Origin: an uncultured Clostridia bacterium
GTDB taxonomy: Bacteria; Bacillota; Clostridia; Christensenellales; UBA1242
Length of the DNA: 64,000 bases
Reading direction: 5' to 3'
Assembly: GCA_944372325.1 (NCBI GenBank)
Contig: CALVYR010000002.1
Location: 11,729 to 75,728 of the forward strand
Notes under the pieces: generated by a model
What the model saw: only the letters and a program-made list of their open reading frames with translations
Database searches by the model: none
Told to the model about the DNA's origin: nothing
Part shown: positions 9,811 to 18,741 of the stretch, one piece after another
How positions within the stretch are numbered: position 1 is the first letter of the stretch
Layout of the letters: the number at the start of each line of letters is the position of its first letter
Position numbers and translations under genes: made by a program

Positions 9811-10014
9811 ATGACATTTGAAGAGGGAAATAAGGAATTAGATGATATAATTGAAAAACTAGAAAGCGGAAAGGTTGGACTTAAAGAGGGGACAAAACTC
9901 TTTGAAAGAGGCAGTGAAATATCTGAAGCGCTATATAAAGAGTTTAATGAAAGCAAGGGTAAAATTTTTGTTATTAGAGATAACCTTGAAAAGTTAATGG
10001 GAAGTGAAGAATAA
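9811..10014 (+). CDS. xseB: Exodeoxyribonuclease VII small subunit
   Basis: 67 aa starting MTFEEGNKELDDIIEKLESG; helical hairpin protein directly after xseA. Confidence 0.9.
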   Translation: MTFEEGNKELDDIIEKLESGKVGLKEGTKLFERGSEISEALYKEFNESKGKIFVIRDNLEKLMGSEE

Positions 10015-10015
10015 T

Positions 10016-10044
10016 TTGCATTTAATTTGATAATGTGATATAAT
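10016..10044 (+). promoter_or_regulatory. SigmaA-type promoter in front of the large ncRNA
   Basis: TTGCAT (10016-10021), 17-nt spacer, extended -10 TGaTATAAT (10036-10044). Predicted start is near G10051. Confidence 0.6.
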
Positions 10045-10050
10045 ATATTT

Positions 10051-10629
10051 GCGAAGGTGTAGTATCCTAGTCGATGAACTCTACTTAGAGGGTGATGAAA
10101 CAAGCACCAAAGGGCATAACGATGAAGTTTCTGGTGTCAGTTTTGGTTGCCCAAATTGGGACTGATGCTGGGAGTTAAGATTTTTGGACGCATTGTAATG
10201 GCATACAATATCCGTTCCAATTATCGCGGAGACCCAATCAGGTGGAAAATTCCACTTCTTGGGAGAGAAACCTGCAAGGCGACGCAAAAGTTGTGTGCAG
10301 TGTAGCCTGCTTTGAGTGACATCTTAGGGATTCGGTGTTAAAGGTCTTGCTCATGTTTTTGGCCAGGCATAGCAATGACAAGCTGATGAAATTTGTGTTG
10401 CAAAACTAAGCTAAGAGTAGAGCTAGTCGTTAAGGAAAGCTTCTAGGCTATTGCAAAGGAGTTTGCAGTTATATTGGGGATTATAGTGTGATCTTAGTGG
10501 CGATTCGGTGCAAGATTCTGCGTAATAGGAAACTTCCTCGGCGGTGACGCCGGGGTTACGGAATTTGGGAAATCCAACCGAACCTATGTCGCAAGGTTTA
10601 CCTAATATAATGCCTTCGCCTATTTTTTT
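10051..10629 (+). ncRNA. ole: Large structured ncRNA, most likely OLE (ornate, large, extremophilic) RNA
   Basis: About 580 nt, ORF-free and visibly GC-enriched in an AT-rich genome, with its own promoter. 5' GCGAAGG (10051-10057) pairs with CCTTCGC (10613-10619), followed by a T-run. It lies between xseB and a 4-TM DxxxD protein, upstream of argR-recN, which is the published OLE/oapA context. No RNase P, tmRNA or SRP signatures. No covariance model was run. Confidence 0.75.
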
Positions 10630-10683
10630 AATAATTCTTTAAAAGGTTTAATATATAAAATAGTAAAAACATAAAATAGTATT

Positions 10684-11418
10684 ATGAAAAAAGATGATAA
10701 TCAAAATCAGGAGAAGAATAAAGATAAGAAGAAAGTAAAGGCGCAAGCCAAAGAGAAACCATGGTATATTTGGCCTATAAAAATTTTCTTTTTAGCTCTA
10801 GCGTTATCTTTAAGTTTTAGCATTTTAAGTGAGCTAGCTATGAGTAATGCAAGCATTATAGTTTCTATAATTGTAGTGTTAGTGTTTATATCTATTAGCG
10901 TAATAACAGACATGATAGGCGTAGCCGTAGCATCATGCACAGAAGAGCCGTTTAAAGCTATGGCCTCAAGAAGGGTTAGAGGAGCAAAAGAGGCTTTGTT
11001 TTTAGTCAAAAATGCAGATAGGGTAGCTTCACTATGTGCCGATGTGCTAGGTGATGTATGTGGAATTCTTGCAGGAGCTGGAGGTGCATCAATTCTATAT
11101 CATATAGTAACAAGTTCATCTTCTGAGGCCTTTGAAATTGTTATGGCGTCCGTTGTGTCTGCAGTTATTGCTGGACTTACAATTTTTGGAAAAGCAATTT
11201 TTAAACGATATTCCATGGAAAATTGTAATAAGGTTATATTAGCGTTAGGTAAGTGTTTGAGTATCTTTACTAGAAACAAAAAAGATAAAAAGAAAACTAA
11301 AAAAGAGGACACCTTAAAAGCTGAGGTAAAGGTAACTAAACTAGAAAACGAAAAAGAAATAGAGCCTGATTTAAAAGAGGATATAGATAATAAGGAAGAT
11401 AATAAGGTTACAGATTAA
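10684..11418 (+). CDS. oapA: OLE-associated membrane protein A-like (4 TM, DxxxD)
   Basis: 244 aa with four predicted TM helices and DVLGD (DxxxD) in the third hydrophobic segment. Lys/Glu-rich N- and C-terminal tails. Immediately downstream of the ncRNA. No obvious SD. Confidence 0.65.
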   Translation: MKKDDNQNQEKNKDKKKVKAQAKEKPWYIWPIKIFFLALALSLSFSILSELAMSNASIIVSIIVVLVFISISVITDMIGVAVASCTEEPFKAMASRRVRGAKEALFLVKNADRVASLCADVLGDVCGILAGAGGASILYHIVTSSSSEAFEIVMASVVSAVIAGLTIFGKAIFKRYSMENCNKVILALGKCLSIFTRNKKDKKKTKKEDTLKAEVKVTKLENEKEIEPDLKEDIDNKEDNKVTD

Positions 11419-11433
11419 GCTGTAATCTTTTTT
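11405..11433 (+). terminator. Intrinsic terminator after oapA
   Basis: 8-bp stem GGTTACAG/CTGTAATC (one G-U pair) spanning the stop codon, followed by TTTTTTT. Confidence 0.65.
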
Positions 11434-11502
11434 TATTGGTAAGGGAGAGTACTCCTTTTTATTAACTACAAAATGCATAAGAGTGTATTTTTATAAATAT
11501 GA

Positions 11503-11636
11503 AATGCAAAATAATTCAAAAGCTAAATTTTTATGTAAAAATGCGTGAATATTTATGCAAAAATCGCTTGCATAAATATAAATTTTAATGTATAATAATC
11601 ACACTAAAGGGAAAAATGTTTGAATTTTTATAAATT
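11503..11636 (+). promoter_or_regulatory. argR promoter with four ARG-box-like operators
   Basis: Four sites match TGAATwwwwATTCA: TGCAAAATAATTCA (11505-11518), TGAATATTTATGCA (11546-11559), TGCATAAATATAAA (11569-11582) and TGAATTTTTATAAA (11621-11634). Promoter: TTGCAT 11568-11573, 17-nt spacer, TGTATAAT 11589-11596. Confidence 0.55.
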
Positions 11637-11702
11637 TATAATTATTCAAAAATGGCTACAACCCGCTAAAATAAAGAGATTGAGGGAGGTTAGGGTTTAG
11701 AA

Positions 11703-12158
11703 ATGGCGCGTTCAGCTAGACAATCTAAAATACTTGAACTAATATCCACAAAGGAGATTGAAACGCAAGATGAACTTGTGGCTGCTCTAAGAGCTGCTAG
11801 TTTTGATATAACTCAAGCCACCATCTCAAGAGATATAAAAGAGCTTGGCCTCATTAAAATTTTAAGCGCTGAAACTGGCAAATACAAATACTCTATTGTG
11901 GATAATGGAGAGCAAGCAGTATCTAATAAGTACATAAATGTTTTCAAAGAGGCTGTTATATCAATTAAGACCGCGCAGAATTTATCTGTAATAAAAACTA
12001 TAAAAGGAATGGCAGGAGCAATTTGCGGACTGATTGATAAGCTAAACCTAGATGGGGTTATGGGCTCTGTATCTGGCGATGATACTGTAATGGTTATTTT
12101 ACCAGATTTAAAAATGGCACAGAATGCAACTGAAACACTTTTAAAATTATCGGTGTAA
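11703..12158 (+). CDS. argR: Arginine repressor ArgR/AhrC
   Basis: 151 aa starting RQSKILELI..QDELV..L...G..ITQATISRDIKELGL (wHTH), with C-terminal GDDTVMVI (arginine-binding core). Confidence 0.9.
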   Translation: MARSARQSKILELISTKEIETQDELVAALRAASFDITQATISRDIKELGLIKILSAETGKYKYSIVDNGEQAVSNKYINVFKEAVISIKTAQNLSVIKTIKGMAGAICGLIDKLNLDGVMGSVSGDDTVMVILPDLKMAQNATETLLKLSV

Positions 12159-12159
12159 T

Positions 12160-13857
12160 ATGATTCAAACTTTAAAGATAAAAAATGTAGCGTTAATAAA
12201 AGAATTAAGCCTTGACTTTACTCAAGGCTTTAATGTGTTGTTGGGTGAAACTGGTGCTGGTAAGAGCATTATAATTGATTCTTTAAATTTTGTACTAGGT
12301 GATAAACCATCAAAAGCTATGATAAGAACGGGTGAAGACTTTATGAAAGTTGAAGCTTCATTTGTTGAATACGGAAAGCAAACTTCAAATATCTTACAAG
12401 AATTGGGAATAGATGATGAAGGCATACTTCTATTTTCTAGATTGTTTAGTTTAGATGGAAAATCTGAATGTAGAATAAATGGTATACAATATCCATTAAA
12501 TATGCTAAAACAGATTTCTTCTACTTTAGTAGATTTCTATGGTCAACATGAAAATCAAGTGCTTCTTAGAGCTAAAAATCATTTAGCGTTATTAGAAAGC
12601 TATAAGCCTGAACTTTTTATAGAAAATAAAAAAAGCTTGTTAGAGGCTTTAAATTCTTTAAAAGAAGTTAGACAAGAAAAAGAAAGCCTTGGTGGAAATT
12701 TTGAAAATAGAGAAAGGATGATAGATTTACTTAGTTATCAAATTGCTGAAATAGAGAATGCTGGACTTAAGGAAAATGAAGATGAAGAACTAGAAAGTGA
12801 AATGAAAGCTTTTGCTGGTTCTGAAAGAATAACTGAAGCTTTGAAAACAGTTTTAGCTTCATTTGAGTCCTCAAATGGTGTGCTTTCTGGGGTAAAATCT
12901 AGTATACATAGTTTGCAAAGTATTTCAACTTACAGCACAAAATTTTCTGAGTTGGCAGAAAGGCTGAATAGCTCAATGTATGAATTAGAAGATATATTAG
13001 ATGAAGTTAAAACACTTTCAACTGAATTTATATTTGATGAAGTAAAAATGAATGCTGTAGATGAAAGGTTAGATTTAATTAAAACTTTAAAAAGAAAGTA
13101 TGGGCCAACACTTTCTGATGTTATGGGCTTTTTAGAAAAGTCAAAACTAGAACTAGATAATTTAGATGATGCAGGGGTAAAATTAAAAGAACTTACTGAA
13201 AAAGAACGAGGCTTAGAAGAGAAAGCTTTTGCTGTTTCTAAAAATCTATCTTTAAAAAGGCGAGAGTTAAGCAAAGAAGTGGAAAGCAAGATCTGTAACG
13301 AATTATCTGAGCTAGGTATGAAAAATGCCAGATTTAAGGTTTTCTTTAATGATATGCCAGAATGTTATACTCAAGATATTACTAGACAAGGCTTTGATGA
13401 TGTAGAATTCCTATTTTCCGCCAATTTAGGAGAAGATTTAAAACCTCTTTCAAAAACTATTTCGGGTGGAGAGATGAGCAGGTTTATGCTTGCAATGAAG
13501 AATATTTTAGCAGATAAAGATGGGGTTGGAACTTTAGTGTTTGATGAGGTAGACTCTGGGATTAGTGGCGTTATTGGAAACGCTGTTGCTGAAAAAATTG
13601 CAAAACTTTCGAAAAACTTTCAAGTGCTGTGTATAACTCATCTTCCTCAAGTTGCTTCCATGGCGGATAGTTATATTTATGTAACAAAAAATTCTGCAAA
13701 TAACTCTACTCAAACTAGTGTAGAAAAACTTAATGGTGAAAGAATTTTAGAGCAGATAGCTCAACTTTCAGGTGGAAATTTTAACACTGAAGCTTCAATA
13801 GCTCATGCAAGAGAACTAAAAGAAAACAGTGAAAAATTTAAAAAGAAAATTTCATAA
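12160..13857 (+). CDS. recN: DNA repair protein RecN
   Basis: 565 aa with Walker A GETGAGKS, a long coiled coil, the signature SGGEMSR and Walker B LVFDEVD. Confidence 0.9.
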   Translation: MIQTLKIKNVALIKELSLDFTQGFNVLLGETGAGKSIIIDSLNFVLGDKPSKAMIRTGEDFMKVEASFVEYGKQTSNILQELGIDDEGILLFSRLFSLDGKSECRINGIQYPLNMLKQISSTLVDFYGQHENQVLLRAKNHLALLESYKPELFIENKKSLLEALNSLKEVRQEKESLGGNFENRERMIDLLSYQIAEIENAGLKENEDEELESEMKAFAGSERITEALKTVLASFESSNGVLSGVKSSIHSLQSISTYSTKFSELAERLNSSMYELEDILDEVKTLSTEFIFDEVKMNAVDERLDLIKTLKRKYGPTLSDVMGFLEKSKLELDNLDDAGVKLKELTEKERGLEEKAFAVSKNLSLKRRELSKEVESKICNELSELGMKNARFKVFFNDMPECYTQDITRQGFDDVEFLFSANLGEDLKPLSKTISGGEMSRFMLAMKNILADKDGVGTLVFDEVDSGISGVIGNAVAEKIAKLSKNFQVLCITHLPQVASMADSYIYVTKNSANNSTQTSVEKLNGERILEQIAQLSGGNFNTEASIAHARELKENSEKFKKKIS

Positions 13858-13904
13858 AATCTAATTCTTGTAATATTATTTTTAAAACTGCAAATTATAA
13901 ACCT

Positions 13905-15125
13905 ATGAGAAAATTTTTATTAAAATCTATAGGTGTAATTTTAGCAGTTTTTTTTGTTATAGTAGCTTTAAATGTTCAGGTGGTAAGCATTATTTCTCTT
14001 CCGGATGAAGCTGTGGTTACTTTTGATGATATTAAAGATATAAACGAGCAGGGTATATTTGGAAAGTTTGTTTCTGCTGGCGTGCATAGTGAAAATGTAA
14101 ATGCGGGAGGAGAAAAACAAACTAAAACTAAACTATCCTTTAAGCTATTTGGTTTTATTCCTTTAAAGACAATAGATGTCGATGTTTCAGATGGGGCTAA
14201 AGTTTATGTCGGTGGAATTCCACTTGGTTTTTCTCTTAAAACAAAGGGGGTTATAGTAGTTGGTGAAAATACAGTTCAAACAGATGAAGGCAATAAATCA
14301 ACTTTAAAAAACAGAGCTATTAAATCTGGCGATGTATTATATAAAATTGATAATGTTGAGATTTATGATGTAGAGCAAATCCCTGATATTTTAGAAGATA
14401 GTAATGGTGAAAGAACTATTTTGACGCTTCTTCGTGATGATAAGGAAATTCAAGTTGAAGTTGTGCCAGAATTAGATGTTAGTGTAGGTGAATATAAACT
14501 AGGTTTGTGGGTGAGAGATGATGCTTCAGGGGTAGGAACACTTACATTTGTAAATAGTGAAAATAATAGATATGGTGCATTAGGACATCCTATAACAGAT
14601 TTTGAAACTGGAATTGAAGTTCCAGTCCAAGAAGGAAAAATTTATAAATGTAATTTAATAGGAATAACAAAAGGCGAGAGAGGAAAGCCTGGTGAACTAA
14701 GGTGCCTATTTATGCAAGGAAATAATTATAAGGGCACAGTGGATACAAACTGCGCCTATGGTGTTTATGGTGATGCTACTAACCTAGATGGACTTGTGGA
14801 TAATAATCTTGCTGTAGAGATTGGTAGTAGAATGTGTGTTAGGTCTGGTAAAGCTAAGCTTGTAAGCTCTGTAAGTGGGGTTAGAGAGGAATATGATATT
14901 GAGATAATAAAGGCTTCATACCAACCAAAATCTAGTGATAAAAGCATGGTTATTAGGGTTACAGATTCAAGACTTCTAGCTTTAACAGGTGGAATAGTTC
15001 AGGGTATGAGTGGAAGTCCTATTCTTCAAGATGGAAAACTTGTAGGAGCGGTAACTCATGTTTTCTTATCTGACCCAACAAAAGGTTATGGGGTGTATGT
15101 AGATTGGATGCTAGAGAATGCTTAA
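13905..15125 (+). CDS. spoIVB: SpoIVB signalling serine peptidase (S55)
   Basis: 406 aa. TM anchor, PDZ-like segment, GALGH and GMSGSPIL catalytic blocks; follows recN as in Bacilli and Clostridia. Confidence 0.85.
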   Translation: MRKFLLKSIGVILAVFFVIVALNVQVVSIISLPDEAVVTFDDIKDINEQGIFGKFVSAGVHSENVNAGGEKQTKTKLSFKLFGFIPLKTIDVDVSDGAKVYVGGIPLGFSLKTKGVIVVGENTVQTDEGNKSTLKNRAIKSGDVLYKIDNVEIYDVEQIPDILEDSNGERTILTLLRDDKEIQVEVVPELDVSVGEYKLGLWVRDDASGVGTLTFVNSENNRYGALGHPITDFETGIEVPVQEGKIYKCNLIGITKGERGKPGELRCLFMQGNNYKGTVDTNCAYGVYGDATNLDGLVDNNLAVEIGSRMCVRSGKAKLVSSVSGVREEYDIEIIKASYQPKSSDKSMVIRVTDSRLLALTGGIVQGMSGSPILQDGKLVGAVTHVFLSDPTKGYGVYVDWMLENA

Positions 15126-15739
15126 ATTATTAAAATAGTTCTTGCGTTTAAAAGAATTAGAAGTAGAGTTTCAATTAAGTTTAGTAATATTAATATAATT
15201 AGCATTACAAAGAAAAGTTTTAAAAATTTAGGTTTTTCACAATATCCAAAACGCTTTCTTTGAATTGCTCTATCTATCATTAAACAGAAATATACTATGA
15301 ACAGAAAGGTTAAAGCAATTTGGCATGGTATTATTATAACTATGCTTGTAAACATTCCAGAAAAGCCAAATAAAACAATAAGAAGTGTACAATTGAAACC
15401 TATTAAATAGCCTCTATAAATAAACAATAGGTATGAAATAGGTAATAAAAATATACTGAGTGAACCAAGACTTATAACTGCTATAACAACTATATGAGAT
15501 AACATTCTGGTAAAAAAGATATCAAAGCTAAATATGTTTCCATTTGCGTAAATAGATAAGTTATAACCTTGAATGTTGGAGATGTCTACGCCACATTTTA
15601 AGGCGGTGAATATGCCAGTTAAAGTACCTAAAATGGCTAAAAAAATTAAAACAAAAATCTTAATTTTGTTTTGTCTGAAAAAACCTGTAACGCCATAGCG
15701 TATATTGGATATTCTATTAATTCGACTATAAGTTTGCAC
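15122..15739 (-). CDS. spoIIM: Polytopic membrane protein, SpoIIM-like
   Basis: 205 aa with about 5 TM helices. Size and topology fit the SpoIIM family, and the neighbours punA and a dacF-like gene mirror the B. subtilis spoIIM..punA-dacF region. No diagnostic motif verified. Confidence 0.45.
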   Translation of the reverse strand: MQTYSRINRISNIRYGVTGFFRQNKIKIFVLIFLAILGTLTGIFTALKCGVDISNIQGYNLSIYANGNIFSFDIFFTRMLSHIVVIAVISLGSLSIFLLPISYLLFIYRGYLIGFNCTLLIVLFGFSGMFTSIVIIIPCQIALTFLFIVYFCLMIDRAIQRKRFGYCEKPKFLKLFFVMLIILILLNLIETLLLILLNARTILII

Positions 15740-15835
15740 ATTTTATTTTATTCGACACCTTAGTTAAAAAGAACTTATATAAAATTTTGTTTTAAAGTGT
15801 TTTGTTTTAAGGTTTGAATGTGGTATACATAAAGT

Positions 15836-16615
15836 ATGGATAGAATAGAAGAAATTGTAAATCAAATTAATGATAGGGCAGAAATAGCCATAGTTTTAGG
15901 CTCGGGTTTTGGAGGTGCTTTACCTGCTCTTCGCAATGTGCATGAAGTAACATATACCAGTGTTGGTATAAAATATAACCATGTTGAAGGGCATGCTAGA
16001 AAATTTGTTTTTGGAGATTTTAAAGACAAAAGAATTGTTGTATTCAATAGATTGCATTACTATGAAAGTGGCAGTTTAGATAATATTAGGCTTCTTTATA
16101 AAATAATAGCAAAGCTAGGTGTTAAAACTATACTTATGTCTACCGCAGTAGGGGCTGTAAATAAGGAACTTAAGCCTACAGATCTTGTGCTTATTCACGA
16201 TCATATCAATTTAACCGGGCAAAACCCATTAATTGGTGAAACGCCAATTAGATTTATAGATTTAAAAAATGTTTATGATGCTAAACTATTAAATTATGCA
16301 GAAGAGATAGGTTTAAAACATAATTTAAATTTAAAGAAGGGTGTTCATTGTCAGTTGACTGGGCCTACATATGAAACTCCATCTGAAATAAGAATGTTAA
16401 GGACCTTAGGTGTTGATACTGTTTCTATGAGTCCAGTATTAGATGTAATAATGGCATACAGTTTAAATATGAAAATATTCCTTATAGCAGGGGTTACCAA
16501 TAATGCCTGCGATGTTGATGGTGAGCCGATAACGCATGAAGAAGTACTAAAAAATGGTGGGATAATGTCTAGCAAACTAAAAGTTTTGTTTGAAGAAATT
16601 ATTTTAAAATTATAA
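15836..16615 (+). CDS. punA: Purine nucleoside phosphorylase (trimeric PNP family)
   Basis: 259 aa with blocks GSGFGG, MSTAVGAVN and GPTYETPSEIRMLRTLGVDTVSMS. Confidence 0.8.
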   Translation: MDRIEEIVNQINDRAEIAIVLGSGFGGALPALRNVHEVTYTSVGIKYNHVEGHARKFVFGDFKDKRIVVFNRLHYYESGSLDNIRLLYKIIAKLGVKTILMSTAVGAVNKELKPTDLVLIHDHINLTGQNPLIGETPIRFIDLKNVYDAKLLNYAEEIGLKHNLNLKKGVHCQLTGPTYETPSEIRMLRTLGVDTVSMSPVLDVIMAYSLNMKIFLIAGVTNNACDVDGEPITHEEVLKNGGIMSSKLKVLFEEIILKL

Positions 16616-16675
16616 CTTATGCATAAAATTTAAAAATTATCAAAAACTAGAGCTAGAAAATATGTGAGGTGATAA

Positions 16676-17827
16676 GTGAAAAAGTTTTTGATAACTATAT
16701 GTTGTGTACTATGCATTTGCATAATACCATTAAGCGGTATTACTCAAGGAGAATTCGCAAAAGCAGATGAGGCTTATACGGCTAAGTCTATCATTTTAGT
16801 AGATTATAATTCTGGTGAGGTATTAAAGGAAGATAATGCAGATGAAAAGCTTCCAATTGCAAGTATGGTCAAGATGATGACTTTACTTCTTACCTTTGAA
16901 GAAATGGATAAGGGCAACCTAACCTTGGATACAAAAATTACTACTACTGAAAATGCTTCTGGTATGGGTGGCTCTCAAGTGTTTATAGACCCTTATGTAA
17001 CATACACTGCAGAGCAGATGATTAAAAGTGTAATAATGGCATCTGCCAATGATGCTAGTGTTGCTTTAGCAGAACATATTTCTGGCTCAGAAGATACCTT
17101 TGTAAAGAAAATGAATGAAAGAGCAAAAGCTCTTGGGATGACAAACACATTATATGCCAATTGCACAGGGCTTCCTGAGCCAGAGCAATATTCTTCAGCA
17201 AGAGATGTTTCAATATTAATGAAAGAACTTTTGAAACATGACATATATTTTAATTATAGCACAATTTGGATGGATGAACTTGTACATCCGTCTGGTAGAA
17301 AAACAGAGCTTGTAAATACAAATAAATTAACTAGGTATTATAAAGGCTGTGATGCTGGTAAAACAGGTTCTACAAGCGAGGCTGGTTATTGTTTGTGTGC
17401 ATCTGCTAAGCGCGATGATATGAGGTTAATAAGCGTAGTTATTGGGTCAAAAACAGGTCAAGACAGATTTAACGAAAGCGCTAGTTTGTTTAACTATGGT
17501 TTTGCAAACTTTGAAAATAAAAATATTATCTCTAGCACTACTCCGTTAGGGAAGATTGAAGTAAAGAGAGCAAAGATAAATGAAATCGAATATTATGCAG
17601 AAAAGCCTTTTTATGGCTTGTGTAAAAAGGGAGAAACCGATGCTTTTAAAACAGAAATTGAATTAGATGATTCTATTTCTGCGCCAATAAAGGCAGGTGA
17701 AAAGATTGGTACAATTACTGTTATAAAAGATGGGCAGGTTAAAGAAGAAATAGCTATAGTTGTAAAGGAAGATGTAAAGGTTCTATCTTATGGCGAAAGT
17801 ATTAAAAAAATAGCTTCAAACTGGTAA
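16676..17827 (+). CDS. dacF: D-alanyl-D-alanine carboxypeptidase (S11), DacF-like
   Basis: 383 aa with a signal peptide, SMVK (SxxK), SAND (SxN) and KTGST (KTG). GTG start after GAGGTGA. Follows punA as dacF does in B. subtilis. Confidence 0.6.
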   Translation: MKKFLITICCVLCICIIPLSGITQGEFAKADEAYTAKSIILVDYNSGEVLKEDNADEKLPIASMVKMMTLLLTFEEMDKGNLTLDTKITTTENASGMGGSQVFIDPYVTYTAEQMIKSVIMASANDASVALAEHISGSEDTFVKKMNERAKALGMTNTLYANCTGLPEPEQYSSARDVSILMKELLKHDIYFNYSTIWMDELVHPSGRKTELVNTNKLTRYYKGCDAGKTGSTSEAGYCLCASAKRDDMRLISVVIGSKTGQDRFNESASLFNYGFANFENKNIISSTTPLGKIEVKRAKINEIEYYAEKPFYGLCKKGETDAFKTEIELDDSISAPIKAGEKIGTITVIKDGQVKEEIAIVVKEDVKVLSYGESIKKIASNW

Positions 17828-17832
17828 AATTA

Positions 17833-17860
17833 AAGGGCAAAAAATTTGCCCTTTTTCTTT
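17833..17860 (+). terminator. Intrinsic terminator after the dacF-like gene
   Basis: AGGGCAAA/TTTGCCCT stem followed by TTTTCTTTT. Confidence 0.7.
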
Positions 17861-17932
17861 TAAATAAGGCGTTTTATTTATTGACAAAAGGAATTTTTTT
17901 GTTTTATAATAACTTCAAGGAGAAAAACTTTT

Positions 17933-18706
17933 ATGAGTCAAACATTAAAATTCTTGGGCAGAGGTTCTGCTTTTAATAAATCAGAAGTGAATAACTGTGC
18001 TTATTTCAAAAAGGGTAGTGTACTTGTTGTTATAGATTGTGGAAATGGCGTTTTAGATGCTATTAAAAGATCTGGAATTATGAAAGGGGTAAAAAAGGTT
18101 TACCAAATTGTTACTCATTTTCATGATGATCATGTAGCAGATCTTCCAGCTTTCTTTGATTATTGCAATGATGAATTAAAAATTAAACCAAACCTTTTAA
18201 ATACCATTAGTTTAGAGGGTAGTAAAGTTGAAAAACTAGGTTTAAAAGAGGGGAGAGATTTCAATTTTGTTGAACCATTATCTAAAAACTTTAAATGGGT
18301 TAATGTGCTTTTAGTTCCTCATGCAAAGAACATGGATACTATTGCTTTGGAAATAAACTTTAATAATAAAAAGATATTCTATAGTTCAGATTGTAGCAAT
18401 ATTCCTTTTGATATTCCTAACTATGATGAATATTACCTTGATTGCTCAGAGTCGGGTAATAAACTTCATATGGATATAAATAAAGTTAAGGAAATAATTA
18501 AGAAAAATAAAATAAAAAAGCAACAGGTTTTCTTAATGCATATAGAAAGCCAAAGAACGCTTGAAATAGCAAGAGAGGAAGGTCTAAAAGTTGTTGAACC
18601 AGTTGTTTCACCTGAAAGAAATAAAATTCAAAACATAAAGAAAGAACTAAAAGTAGAGCGTTCAAAAGAAATTAAAAATACTAAAGATAAGGAACAGGGA
18701 AAGTAA
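17933..18706 (+). CDS. MBL-fold metallo-hydrolase with Lys/Glu-rich C-terminal tail
   Basis: 257 aa with THFHDDH (HxHxDH). Preceded by TTGACA (17881-17886), TATAAT (17905-17910) and AAGGAGA. Confidence 0.65.
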   Translation: MSQTLKFLGRGSAFNKSEVNNCAYFKKGSVLVVIDCGNGVLDAIKRSGIMKGVKKVYQIVTHFHDDHVADLPAFFDYCNDELKIKPNLLNTISLEGSKVEKLGLKEGRDFNFVEPLSKNFKWVNVLLVPHAKNMDTIALEINFNNKKIFYSSDCSNIPFDIPNYDEYYLDCSESGNKLHMDINKVKEIIKKNKIKKQQVFLMHIESQRTLEIAREEGLKVVEPVVSPERNKIQNIKKELKVERSKEIKNTKDKEQGK

Positions 18707-18713
18707 TAAAATT

Positions 18714-18741
18714 AAAACAGGCTTTTTTATAGCCTGTTTTT
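18714..18741. terminator. Bidirectional terminator between the convergent MBL gene and lexA
   Basis: ACAGGCT/AGCCTGT stem flanked by an A-run upstream and a T-run downstream. Confidence 0.65.

Noticed and set aside
9771-10287. ORFs 9771-10103 (-) and 10081-10287 (-), which overlap xseB and the large ncRNA.
   Set aside because: No SD and no recognisable protein features. The region is better explained by xseB plus a promoter-driven structured RNA on the + strand.
15125-15836. Expected spo0A directly after spoIVB (the conserved recN-spoIVB-spo0A order).
   Set aside because: It is not present. The next gene is a convergent SpoIIM-like membrane protein whose stop overlaps that of spoIVB. This is most simply a synteny rearrangement, and absence from this window says nothing about the genome.
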